A DNA stretch of 64,000 bases. Origin: Eledone cirrhosa. Lineage: Eukaryota. The notes below the pieces were generated by a model that ran no database searches, was not told the origin of the DNA, and saw nothing but the letters and a program-made list of their open reading frames with translations. Positions 1-33,169 of the stretch are shown here, one piece after another. Within the stretch, counting starts at the first letter, position 1. Each line of letters opens with the position of its first letter. The DNA is taken from NCBI GenBank assembly GCA_964016885.1, contig OZ024765.1, positions 1,364,001 to 1,428,000 on the forward strand. Direction: 5' to 3'. The position numbers and the translations under genes are program-made.

Positions 1-20
1 CAAAACACAAAAAACCAATT

Positions 21-730
21 TCACCTTCAAAGTGAAACAGGTGTAATATTCCACTCCAAAGTGAAACAGGTGTAATATTCCACTCCAAAGTGAAACTGGT
101 GTAATATTCCACTCCAAAGTGAAACAGGTGTAATATTCCACTCCAAAGTGAAACAGGTGTAATATTCCACTCCAAAGTGAAACAGGTGTAATATTCCACT
201 CCAAAGTGAAACAGGTGTAATATTCCACTCCAAAGTGAAACAGGTGTAATATTCCACTCCAAAGTGAAACAGGTGTAATATTCCACTCCAAAGTGAAACA
301 GGTGTAATATTCCACTCCAAAGTGAAACTGATGCAATATTCACCTTCAAAGTGAAACTGGTGCAATATTCACCTTCAAAGTGAAACTGGTGCAATATTCA
401 CCTTCAAAGTGAAACTGGTGCAATATTCACCTTCAAAGTGAAACTGGTGCAATATTCACCTTCAAAGTGAAACTGGTGCAATATTCACCTTCAAAGTGAA
501 ACTGGTGCAATATTCACCTTCAAAGTGAAACTGGTGCAATATTCACCTGCAAAGTGAAACTGGTGCAATATTCACCTTCAAAGTGAAACTGGTGCAATAT
601 TCACCTTCAAAGTGAAACTGGTGCAATATTCACCTGCAAAGTGAAACTGGTGCAATATTCACCTTCAAAGTGAAACTGGTGCAATATTCACCTGCAAAGT
701 GAAACTGGTGCAATATTCACCTCCAAAGTG
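21..730. repeat. 29-bp minisatellite, two sub-arrays
   Basis: CAAAGTGAAACAGGTGTAATATTCCACTC units followed by CAAAGTGAAACTGGTGCAATATTCACCTT units. Confidence 0.95.
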
Positions 731-944
731 ATCGTATTCTTTTGGTCATTACCCAAGATTCATGATCATAAAAAGGGTTGGCACTTTATTCAGCCTCCTT
801 TCTTCCGAGACCCCGAGCAAGATTGTTGGATAGCATCCTTGAGCTTGGCTGGTCTCGCTTGGGAATCTAGGCAGATCAGTTGGAGATGGTTGCTTCTGAC
901 ATGACCTGCTGGCACGACCCGCTCAGAAATAAGTGGACGATGAA

Positions 945-2137
945 ATATCTCACATAACATTTACATTACTCTATATATACTATTGTATTTTCACAGTAAA
1001 GGCTTTACCTCACATAATATCTCACATAACATTTACATTACTCTATATATACTATTGTATTTTCACAGTAAAGGCTTTACCTCACATAATATCTCGCATA
1101 ACATTTACATTACTCTATATATACTATTGTATTTTCACAGTAAAGGCTTTACCTCACATAATATCTCACATAACATTTACATTACTCTATATATACTATT
1201 GTATTTTCACAGTAAAGGCTTTACCTCACATAATATCTCACATAACATTTACATTACTCTATATATACTATTGTATTTTCACAGTAAAGGCTTTACCTCA
1301 CATAATATCTCACATAACATTTACATTACTCTATATATACTATTGTATTTTCACAGTAAAGGCTTTACCTCACATAATATCTCACATAACATTTACATTA
1401 CTCTATATATACTATTGTATTTTCACAGTAAAGGCTTTACCTCACATAATATCTCACATAACATTTACATTACTCTATATATACTATTGTATTTTCACAG
1501 TAAAGGCTTTACCTCACATAATATCTCACATAACATTTACATTACTCTATATATACTATTGTATTTTCACAGTAAAGGCTTTACCTCACATAATATCTCA
1601 CATAACATTTACATTACTCTATATATACTATTGTATTTTCACAGTAAAGGCTTTACCTCACATAATATCTCACATAACATTTACATTACTCTATATATAC
1701 TATTGTATTTTCACAGTAAAGGCTTTACCTCACATAATATCTCACATAACATTTACATTACTCTATATATACCGGTGGATTGGCAGTATCGGTAGAGGGT
1801 CGGACGCCATGCTTTCCAGCATAGTTACGTCCCTTTACGATCTGAGTTCAAATCCCGCCGAGGTTGACTTTGCCTTTCATCCTTACGGGGTCGATAAAAT
1901 AAAGTACCAGTAATGCACTGGGTAATTGCTGGCCTTGTGCCTAAAGTAGAAACAATTATATTTTCACAGTAAAGTCTTTACCTCACATAATATCGAAACT
2001 ATGAGATTTTGATGTTATTTATTTTGAGAACAATACCTTAACATCAGTATGAGTGGCTGGTTACAGCCAGCCGGTTTGAACAGAAAAAGGTGAGAGAATT
2101 CTGGCCGGATATAGCCGGTTTAAATGCTAAAGGTTAA
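945..2137. repeat. 72-bp tandem array (~11 copies) plus MITE end, interrupted by a SINE
   Basis: Period 72; unique MITE arm 1990-2137 ending AAGG-TTAA. Confidence 0.85.
1774..1958 (+). mobile_element. SINE family B (Nin/Deu-domain-like); further copies 9027-9214(-), 16366-16548(-), 21645-21835(+), 43470-43655(-), 44215-44639(- x2), 48048-48258(-), 51100-51220(-)
   Basis: GAGTTCAAATCCC B-box and GCCTTTCATCCTT..GGTCGATAAAAT central domain, many near-identical copies. Confidence 0.8.
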
Positions 2138-2299
2138 GCAAATATTGAATTGGCAGCAATTGGTAGTGCATAGTAAATTACTAGTAAATCATTACTATAA
2201 TAATTATCAATATTGATTTTAACATTATTAATTAGTATTATTTGGCAGTATCGGTAGAGGGTCGGACATGCTTTCCAACAAAGTTATGCCCTTTTACAA

Positions 2300-3640
2300 A
2301 TATCTTTATTAATATTTAACTAATAAATTAATTCTAATAATTATTAATAGAGCTATTACTAAGATTATTATTGTTATTAAAATTAACAACAAATATCATT
2401 AATAATACTATTAATTAATCAATTCTAATAATTATTAATCTAGTTATTAGTAAACAGTTATTACAACCACGATCATTTAATAGTTATTACTTTCATAAAT
2501 CATTACTAAAATTATTATTAATATTAAAATTAACAACAAATATCATTAATAATACTATTAATTAATTAATTAATTCTAACAATTATTAATATAGTTATTA
2601 CGATTATTACAACGACGATCATTTACTACGGTTATTAGTCGTAAATACTAAAATTATTATTATTACTTTCAAGAAGAAATACGATTATCAATACAGTTAA
2701 TAATACTATCAATTAATTCTAATTACTAATTAACTCCAATAACTACTAATATAGTTATTACTACAGTTATTACAACTACGATCATTCATTACAGCTATTA
2801 CTGTCGTAAATCATTACTAAAATTATTATTAATATTAATTTCAACATCAAAATTATTAATAATACTATAAATTAATTAAAATTACTAACTAACTCCAATA
2901 CTTACTAATATAGTTATTACTAGTTATTACAACTACGATCATTCACTACGGTTATTACTGTCGTAAATCATTACTAAAATTATTATTAATATTAATTTCA
3001 ACAAATATTATCAATATTACTATAAATTAATTAATTCTAATTAATAATTTAACTCCAATAACTACTAATATAGTTATTACTACAGTTATTACAACTACGA
3101 TCATTCACTACGGTTATTACTGCCGTAAATCATTACTAAAATTATTATTAATATTAATTTCAACAACAAATATTATTAATATTACTATAAATTAATTAAT
3201 TAATTAATTCTAATTAATAATTTAACTCCAATAACTACTAATATAGTTATTACTAGTTATTACAACTACGATCATTCACTACGGTTATTACTGCCGTAAA
3301 TCATTACTAAAATTATTATTAATATTAATTTCAACAACAAATATTATTAATATTACTATAAATTAATTAATTAATTAATTCTAATTAATAATTTAACTCC
3401 AATAACTACTAATATAGTTATTACTACAGTTATTACAACTACGATCATTCACTACGGTTATTACTGCCGTAAATCATTACTAAAATGATTATTAATATTA
3501 ATTTGAACAACAAATATTATTAATATTACTATAAATTAATTAATTAATTAATTGTAATTAATAATTTAACTCCAATAACTACTAATATAGTTATTACTAC
3601 AGTTATTACAACTACGATCATTCACTATGAAATAATTATT
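2300..3640. repeat. AT-rich tandem repeat, ~160-175-bp unit
   Basis: Recurrent ACAACTACGATCATTCACTACGGTTATTACTG. Confidence 0.85.
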
Positions 3641-3932
3641 ATTTCAAATGTTGCCAAATATCGCGGTTTTGTGTCAATATTTCTAACAAATTCGTTACAA
3701 AATATTATGTTTAATATTAAAGGTGTTACCATGTTTCGAAAATAGCCACAATATTTTTTAATTATTGCTAATCAACACTAATTACTTTACTAATTAACAC
3801 TACAACAACGATAATTAAAATTACGGTTGTTATTGTTATTTCATCCCAGCTTCAGCTGTGGGAGAAAATGGCCGACCTCACGTTTTGCCTTGACCTTTTA
3901 ACTGTGACAAACATATATACACACTGTGTATG

Positions 3933-3966
<34 letters not shown>

Positions 3967-4071
3967 CTGTAAATATATACATATATATGTATATATATGA
4001 AAAGATTCAGGACCCCGACGGCTGAGCTCTGGCCGTTTCTACAGCTAGATTCGAACTTATAGTGTGTATGC

Positions 4072-4103
<32 letters not shown>

Positions 4104-4130
4104 TATAAATATATACATACACTATTTATA

Positions 4131-4169
<39 letters not shown>

Positions 4170-4466
4170 AAAATAACGATGATTATATTTAAGACTAGAC
4201 TGTCTGACGGACACTTGTAATCATATATATATATATATATATATATTACTGAAACATACATATATGCATGTATATATTGAATCGTTAAACCTCTACATAC
4301 ATACATCGAGAACTATATATATATATATATATATACAGACATATATATATACCACATGTAGAAAAATAATCATAGATATATACACATTCATACATATAAA
4401 AACATATATACATAAACACCGAGTTAATTAAAGACAATTATATATATATATATATACATGTATGTG

Positions 4467-4509
<43 letters not shown>

Positions 4510-4849
4510 TCACTATATATATATATATATATAATATATATAGTGGATGTTAAGGGAGTCAGGTATTGTTGTTAGAATGTGTGGTTGTAATAAAAAAAAA
4601 ATTGCTTAAGGAAACTCAGAGTACCTAGTAAGGTTTACACCAGCTTGCCATGTATATATATGTGTGTGTATATATATATATATATGTGTGTATATATATA
4701 TATATCTGTGTGTATATATATATATCTGTGTGTATATATACAAAGGGTTTTGGGGTGAAAGCTGACAAACAAGAGAGGCACCAATAGATACGGAAATGCT
4801 GAGAGACAAAGCCCGGTTCTGTTTGTGGTGAGAGAGGAGACAATGCTTG

Positions 4850-5701
4850 TGATGGTGGTGGTGGTGGTTGATGTGGTGGTGGTGGTTGATGTGGTGGTGG
4901 TTGATGTGGTGGTGGTGGTGGTAGTGGTTGATGTGGTGGTGGTGGTTGATGTGGTGGTGGTGGTGGTTGATGTGGTGGTGGTGGTTGATGTGGTGGTGGT
5001 GGTTGATGTGGTGGTGGTGGTGGTTGATGTGGTGGTGGTGGTGGTAGTGGTTGATGTGGTGGTGGTGGTTGATGTGGTGGTGGTGGTGGTAGTGGTTGAT
5101 GTGGTGGTGGTGGTTGATGTGGTGGTGGTTGATGTGGTGGTGGTTGATGTGATGGTGGTGGTGGTGGTTGTGGTTGATGTGGTGGTATTGGTTGATATGA
5201 TGGTGGTGGTGGTTGATGTGGTGGTGGTGGTTGATGTGGTGGTGATAGTGGTGATGGTGACAGTGGTGGTGGTGGTGGTTGATGTGATGGTGGTGGTGGT
5301 GGTGGTTGATGTGGTGGTGGTGGTGGTGGGTGGTGGTGGTGGTGGTTGATGTGGTGGTGGTGGTGGTGGTGGTGGTGGTATTGGTTGATGTGGTGGTGGT
5401 TGGTGGTGGTGGTGGTGGTAGTTGATGTGATGGTGGTGGTGGTTGATGTAGTGGTGGTGGTGGTGGTTGATGTAGTGGTGGTTGATGTGGTGGTGGTTGT
5501 GGTGGTGGTGGTGGTTGATGTAGTGGTGGTTGATGTGGTGGTGGTTGTGGTGGTGGTGGTGGTGGTTGATGTAGTGGTGGTGGTGGTAGTTGATGTGATG
5601 GTGATGGTTGATGTGGTGGTTGATGTGGTGGTGGTGGTGGTGGTGGATGAGAGAGAGAGGTGTAAGATAGAGATCGAGAGAGATTGGAAGACAGCCAGAA
5701 G

Positions 5702-5735
<34 letters not shown>

Positions 5736-5742
5736 TGAGATG

Positions 5743-5779
<37 letters not shown>

Positions 5780-6830
5780 AGAGGAAGTGAGAGATAGAGA
5801 AGAGACAGACAGGAAGAGATGATAGACAGAGAGATATGTTGCGGTGGTGGTGAAGATGGTGTCAAGGGGACGAGGGTGGCGAGATGATGTCAAGGGGACG
5901 AGGGTGGCGAGATGATGTCAAGGGGACGAGGGTGGCGAGATGATGTCAAGGGGACGAGGGTGGCGAGATGATGATGTCAAGGTGATGAGGATGGCGGTTG
6001 TGGTGATAAGATGATGATGGTGGTGGTGGTGACGATGATAAAATGGTGATGATGATGATGGCGGTGATGGTGGTGGTGACGATGATAAGATGGTGATGAT
6101 GATGATGATGGTGGTGACGATGATAAGATGGTGATGATGATGGTGGTGGTGGTGGTGGTGATGATGGTGGTGGTGATGATGACAGAGAAGATGTGAAAGA
6201 ACAAGAAGGGGAGATAAAAAGAGAGAGGGAGGCAGGTAGAGAGGAGGAGGTGATAAGGAAAGACAGGGTCATAGCGAGAGAGAGAGAGAGAGAGGGAGAA
6301 AGAGACTAATCAACAGATGAAGAGAAAGAAAAGAAAACATGAAAGAAAGGAGGAAAGGTGAAAGAGAGAGATAGTAAATGATGAGGAGAAAAGTGGGAGG
6401 TCGAGATAGAGATTGACATGAAGAGAGAGGGGGACTGAAGCAGAGCAGAAGGGGGAGGAAGAGTAAAGAGGAAGAGAGAGGGAGGGGGAACGAATGACAG
6501 AAATGAGGTGAGATAGAGAGAGACAGACAGAAAGTGGTGTGTGTGAGAGAGAGGGGGAAGTTGATAGAGAGAGGGGGCAGGTGAGATAGAGAGAGAAAGG
6601 AGAGAGAATTGTAAGGTGGAAGGTGATAGAGAGAGGGGGGAAAAGTAAGATAGAGAGACAGACAGAGAGGGAAGGTAAGATAGAGAGAGACAGAGAGGTG
6701 TGAGAGAGAGGGGGAAGGTGTGGGAGAGAGGGGGAAGGTGAGAGAGGGAGAGGGAAGGTAAGAAAGAGAGAGACAGAGATGTGTGTGGGAGGGAGGGGGA
6801 AGGTAAGATAGAGAGAGAATAATTGTAGAA
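4850..6830. repeat. (GGT/GAT)n and GA-rich low-complexity tract
   Basis: Trinucleotide and purine-rich repeats; source of the spurious poly-P/T/H/V ORFs. Confidence 0.9.
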
Positions 6831-7495
6831 TCTCTAATAATTATATACAAACAGAAAACAGAAAACTAGAAAAAAACACTAACAAGACTAATAAACAATA
6901 TATATATAGTTTAATATATACATATATATATATATATGTATAGATACATCTATATATATATGTGTATAGATCTATCTATATATATATATATATATATATG
7001 TATAGCTCTATCTATCTATATATGTGTGTATAGATACTATATATGTATATATATATATATGATATATAGATCTATATATGTTTATATATATATATGTATA
7101 ATATAGATGTATATGTAAATACATATATGTATATATATATATATATAAATGTATAGATACTATATATAATTATATATATATAGAGAGAGAGAGAGAATAT
7201 ATACCCTATATATACATGAGTATTTGTATATATATATATATTTATATACATAATTATATATATATAGAGAGAGAGGAAGAGAGAGAGAGATAGTAAGAAG
7301 AAGGGAGGGGGGAGATATTGTAATAATTATATACAAACATACTAGCAGCAGAAAGCTGATAAAAGCCATGTAACTGGACAAATAAACCTACAACCAATAC
7401 TTCTAACTTAATATATACACATTATACACCATAGATGGGGTGTATATATATTATATAATATATTTATATATATAAATATATATAAAGGGACTTAC

Positions 7496-7650
7496 CATGA
7501 ACTTGTGAATCTCGGAAGCAGAAAGGGAACTCTTCTCTTTAATGAAACCAAGAAACTCCAACAGCTTTTTCTACTGCATTTCCGCTGCCTTTCCACTGCA
7601 ATTCTACTGCATCTCTACTGCAACCTTTTTCCAGCATCTACTTCTGATCT
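7496..7650 (-). other. Possible first exon (5' UTR + ATG) of a third gene running leftwards
   Basis: Non-repetitive island ending in CATG|GTAAGT consensus donor; no downstream exon could be identified. Confidence 0.3.
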
Positions 7651-10600
7651 ATCTCTATCTCTTTCTTTCTATTTCAATTTTCTTCTAGGTCTTTCTTCTT
7701 TCTCGTTCTCTCTTTCCCCCTTTATTTTCCTTTCTCTCTATATATATATTTTTATCTCTCTATATATATCGCTTCCCCCTCCTCTTTTCTTTCTTAGTCT
7801 CTCTCTCTCTCTACTTCTCTCGATCTCTTTCTTTTTTAGTCTCTCTCTCTCTGTATATCTTTTTATCTCTCTACATATATCGTTCTTTCTTAGTCTCTCT
7901 CTCGCCATCTCTCCGTATTTTTCGTTACCTCTCTCCATGTCTAGCTATAACCTATGTCTCTTTCTCTGTATTTCTCACCTGCTCTTCCACTCTATCTATC
8001 TACCTGTCTAACTAGCTAGCTATATACATATCTAACTATCTAGCTATATATCTCCATCCATTCTTTCTTTGAGTCTCTCTCAGTCTCTATCGTCCACGTG
8101 AAGGCGTGTAGCTCAGTGGTTAAAGTGTTTGGTTTGCAATCATAAAGTAGTCGTGAGTTCGATTCCCAGAGCAGACATCGCTGTGTGTCCTTGACAAAAC
8201 CAAGAAACTTTATTTCATGTTGCTCCAATGCCTTTCATCCTAACAGGGGTTGATAAAATAAAGTACCAGTAACGCCCTGGGGTGTGTCAATTTAATCAAC
8301 TTTCCCCTCCCCACAAATGACTGGCCTTGAGCCTAACGTAGACAATCATTATCATTATTACCTTTCATCCTTCTTCAAAAGACCAGCCTTGTCACACACT
8401 CTGTTGTGCTGAATCTCCCTGAGAATTATGTTAATGGTACATGTGTCTGTGGAATACTCAGCCAATTTACATTATAATACAAGATAGACTGTATACCTGT
8501 AATTCAAAAGATCAGCCTTGTCAGACCGAATCTCCCTGAGAATTATGTTACGGGTACACACGTCTGGAATGCTCAGACACGCCATATATATATATCCATT
8601 TGAAGATGAAATGGCAACAGCTCAGCCGTTGGGCACTATCCCTTTACCATACCTACTGTCTATTTTTCCAAATATTCAACAATAGATTTACTAATTATTA
8701 TATATATAAATATATTCTATATGTAGGTGGGTTGCCAGATAAAGGGGGCCCACCTACATATAGAATGCTATTATTTAATTTTTATAATCTGAGTTCAAAT
8801 CCTGCCGTGGTTAACTTTGCCTTTCATCCTTACGGGGTCGATAAAATAAAGTACCAGTAATGTACTGGGTAATTGATGGCCTTGTGCCAAATGTAGAAAC
8901 AATTATTAAATTTTTATAATGAATAAATAACATTTTTGAAAAATGCATAAGTGGAAAGAAAACTACAATCAAATTTTATCTTCTTTAATAAAAAATATGT
9001 ATTTTGCGAAATCCAGAGACTTTCAATAATTGTTTCTACTTTAGGCACAAGGCCAGCAATTACCCAGTGCATTACTGGTACTTTATTTTATCGACCCCGT
9101 AAGGAGGATGAAAGGCAAAGTCAACCTCGGCGGGATTTGAACTCAGATCGTAAAGAGACGTAACTATGCTGGAAAGCATGGCGTCCGACCCTCTACCGAT
9201 ACTGCCAATCCACCAGAGACTTTCAATAATGACCAGAAGTCGACCCTAAATATTACTAATAGCTCTTTTTAACTTTGATTTTGAAAGTAGGTTTATAAGT
9301 ATCAATTTTCATTATACTTTTGTAGTTGTCTCAGTGGCCTAGTGGGAGGAATCATAGACAGTGGTAAACCTGGTCTGAAGTTCAATCCTGGTTGGGAGTA
9401 GGGTTACTTGTAAACCTTTTCAGTTTTTTTCTACTGGTTGTAAAATAAAAACTGAAAAAGGTTACCTGTACCTCTTGACCAGGATTGAACCCAAGACCTG
9501 GATCTCCACCATCTCTAGTATCTACCACTGGGCCACAGAGACAACTACAAACATCTTATGAAAATTCACACTTATAAACCTACTTTCAAAATTTTCAAAA
9601 CAAAGTGTTGTGGTGTCGTTCATGTTTTTCTTAATGTTATTGCTCCTACTTAAGGTCAACTTCTAAATCATTTGTGAACTCCAGAGACTTTCAATAATGA
9701 CCTTTCACACTCACTCACTCACTGAATATATATACACACCACTAATTGATTTGACAGATGTCTTTAGCCCATTGATACCAAATATTATTTAGTCAGTAGT
9801 TCGTGTGTAAGTATATATATATATGCTTGTGTGTTTGTCTAATACACTAAGCTTTAGATTAAATACAACCAGATTCCAGCTATTTGCACTGGTTTCTATT
9901 AATTCCCTGGGGAATTCGTTGACCAAATGCTTTGCTTAATTGTTTTATTCAAGTGTCCTCCCAGTCCTTTTAGGCATGGGTTCTACAGTGGGATACCCTT
10001 CCTGTTGTCAACCACTGCCACTAGAGAGGTTGTTGGTCACAGCTCTCACTGCTCTGTGATGTTTGAGGTGGGCCAGAGAAGGGGGTTAGGTATGAAGTTA
10101 TGGGTGTAAGGGGTGACTGATAATATAGGAGATATATATATGTGGACATAAAACACTTGTTCATAGTTGAAATACTTGCTCAAGGTTGACCTAGGGTAAG
10201 GTTATAAACATCAGCCAAGAACAAGCGAGGGGAGATAATCATAAGCCGACTTCATCTGAGGTGAAACACACTAACTACATCTGGTGGTGAAACACGACTC
10301 GAGTCACCCACACCTTTCTGTTTCCATGGTGATAATGCCACATAGACATTTCTTCAACCTGTCGGGTATTTAACCTTTTCATTTCTAATGAAAGACACTG
10401 TCTAAGGTTTAAAAATAATCAAGAATTTGGAAGTATTTAGTAATATAACTAACTTTCTCCTGATTAAGTTGCTGTTTGGAACATAACTTAACAAAGGTCC
10501 TTACATTAAATATATGACAGGTTTTCAGCTAAATATAAACACTTTAATCCTTTCATTACCATATTTCTAATGGAACATAACTTAAGAAAGGTTCCTTCAT

Positions 10601-11068
10601 GAAATTATGATGGAAGGTTTTTAGATAAATATAAACACTTTAACCCTTTCATTACCATATTTCTAATGAAAGACACTGTCTTATTAAACTGGTGTTTGGA
10701 ACATAACTTAACAAAGGTTCTTATATAAAATTATAATGGAAGGTTTCTTTTGTTATGTACAGACATATACACATACGCGTCAGCAAGTTGAAGAAAATTC
10801 TAGTTTCCAAAACTGCATGAAAAATGCTTAGCAGGAGACTCGTTCTTTAGAAAGGGTTACTCAACATCCAAGGGGATTAAGGAGAAGATTAAAGAAAAAA
10901 ACAACTCAAAACACTCGTTAAAAATAATAACCAAAATGAATTTATTGTGTCCCGTAGATGAGAAGATAGATCTATTGGACATTTCTAATGATTATGGCAG
11001 CAAAAATGCCCAATATGATGTGTACTGGTATATAGCAATGGAAAAGCAAATATATGCATGTCTGTATG

Positions 11069-11101
<33 letters not shown>

Positions 11102-11104
<3 letters not shown>

Positions 11105-11214
11105 GTGTGTCTCCCCACCCCGCAAAAAATGTTTACACACTTTGATTACCTGTAAAGGTAAAATTTATTAGAATGGTGTTGAAGCGTGTATACATTTTTG
11201 GGGGACACCCTGTA
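11102..11214. mobile_element. Small Tc1/mariner-type MITE
   Basis: Imperfect TIR ending GGGACACCCTG-TA; relatives at ~20380-20437 and ~31648-31726. Confidence 0.5.
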
Positions 11215-11548
11215 TGTATATATATATATAAAACTATAAGTGTGAAGAACAAATAGACAAAAAAATCAAAAAAATCAAAAAAAATTACCTAATTTTTCTT
11301 TGTAGTCCTGACTGCACAGTTTCACCGACCGGTGCACTTTAGCGGCACACAAATCAGTGAAACTGCAGTCAGGACTACAAAGAAAAATTAGGTAATTTTT
11401 TTATTTTTTGTCTATTTGTTCTTCACACTTATAGTTTTATAGAGCTCTGATTAATTGATTATTTATTTCATTGATCCAGCGAGCAAAACTGGTAATGGAT
11501 GGACATCTCACACATACATATATCTATGTGTGTATATGTGTGTATTTA

Positions 11549-31980
<20,432 letters not shown>

Positions 31981-31994
31981 GAGGGCTGAGGTAA

Positions 31995-32100
31995 GATCCA
32001 CGTGGTGTTGATCAAAGCACTGTCTGTTACATCAGCCCTAATCTCTGACACAGCAAACAGCTGATTGGTCCGTTTGTAACAGACATTCTGATTGGTAGAT
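31995..32100 (-). promoter_or_regulatory. Putative DKC1 proximal promoter: E-box CCACGTGG plus two CCAAT boxes
   Basis: CACGTG at 31999-32004, about 20 nt upstream of the ATG; ATTGG at 32064-32068 and 32091-32095; DKC1/Nop60B are known Myc targets. Confidence 0.55.
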
Positions 32101-32699
32101 TACGGCAGAGGGAGATATAAATATTTTGATGTTGTTAAATAAAGTAGCAGTAATGCACTGAGGTCGATTTATTTGACTTTCCCCGCCCCCAAAATTGCTG
32201 GCCTTGTGCCTATATAAGAAATCATTTTAGTTGTAGTTGTTGTGATGATGATTGTCATAGTATTGTTTAATAGTATGGTGGTGGTGATAGTATTGTTTAA
32301 TAGTATGGTGGTGGTGATAGTATTGTGTAATAGTATGGTGGTGGTGATAGTATTGTTTGATAGTATGGTGGTGGTGATAGTATTGTTTAATAGTATGGTG
32401 GTGGTGGTGATAGTATTGTAGAGTATCCATGTGGAGGTACGTGGCCTAGTGGTAAGGGTGTTGGACTTACGATCATAACATCGTGGGTTGTGTTCTTGAG
32501 CAAAACACTTCATTTCACGTTGCTCCAGTATACTCATCTGAAAATTAGTAGCAGCAATAGCTGGAGGTTTAACCCTGCGATGGACTGGCGTCCTGTCCAG
32601 GGGGAGTCTTGTACTCTCAGTCGCTTCACGCCATGAAACCGGGATAAGCACCGGCCAAATGAGTCTTCTGGCTTAAGACAGACTTTGGACTTTTAGATT

Positions 32700-32985
32700 A
32701 TTGTTAGGGTCTATATTTCACATCTAGCTAGGGTCTATTGGTGACTTTATTAGGGTCTATATTTCACATCTAGTCAGGGTCTATTGCTGACTTTGTTAGG
32801 GTCTACATTTCACATCTAGCTAGGGTCTATTGCTGACTTTGTTAGGGTCTACATTTCACATCTAGCTAGGGTCTATTGCTGACTTTGTTAGGGTCTACAT
32901 TTCACATCTAGTCAGGGTCTATTGCTGACTTTGTTAGGGTCTACATTTCACATCTAGTCAGGGTCTATTGCTGACTTTGTTAGGC
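32700..32985. repeat. 46-bp minisatellite
   Basis: TTGTTAGGGTCTACATTTCACATCTAGCTAGGGTCTATTGCTGACT units. Confidence 0.9.
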
Positions 32986-33169
32986 TGGAGGTCTGTTATC
33001 TCTTTTACAAACAATAACAATAGTGTTTGTGATAGATAGAACAGGTCTTCACAGACCATTCAGTACTGAAACGAAGCTACCAATCTCCTGGAAAGGTCTT
33101 CACAGTCCAAGTCAGTACTGGATAGGGGAGGAGGGTCTGTTATCTCCCTTCTCCCCCCACTTATTCCTG

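Noticed and set aside
21-730. CRISPR-like 29-bp repeats
   Set aside because: Head-to-tail units with no unique spacers, eukaryotic context, no cas genes
4606-5893. Pro/His/Thr-rich 419-422 aa ORFs (also 39489-40665, 52155-53357, 60919-62660, 63303-63991)
   Set aside because: Microsatellite and low-complexity artefacts, open in several frames
32700-32985. Interstitial telomere next to a telomerase-RNP gene
   Set aside because: Only one TTAGGG per 46-bp unit, not tandem telomeric repeats
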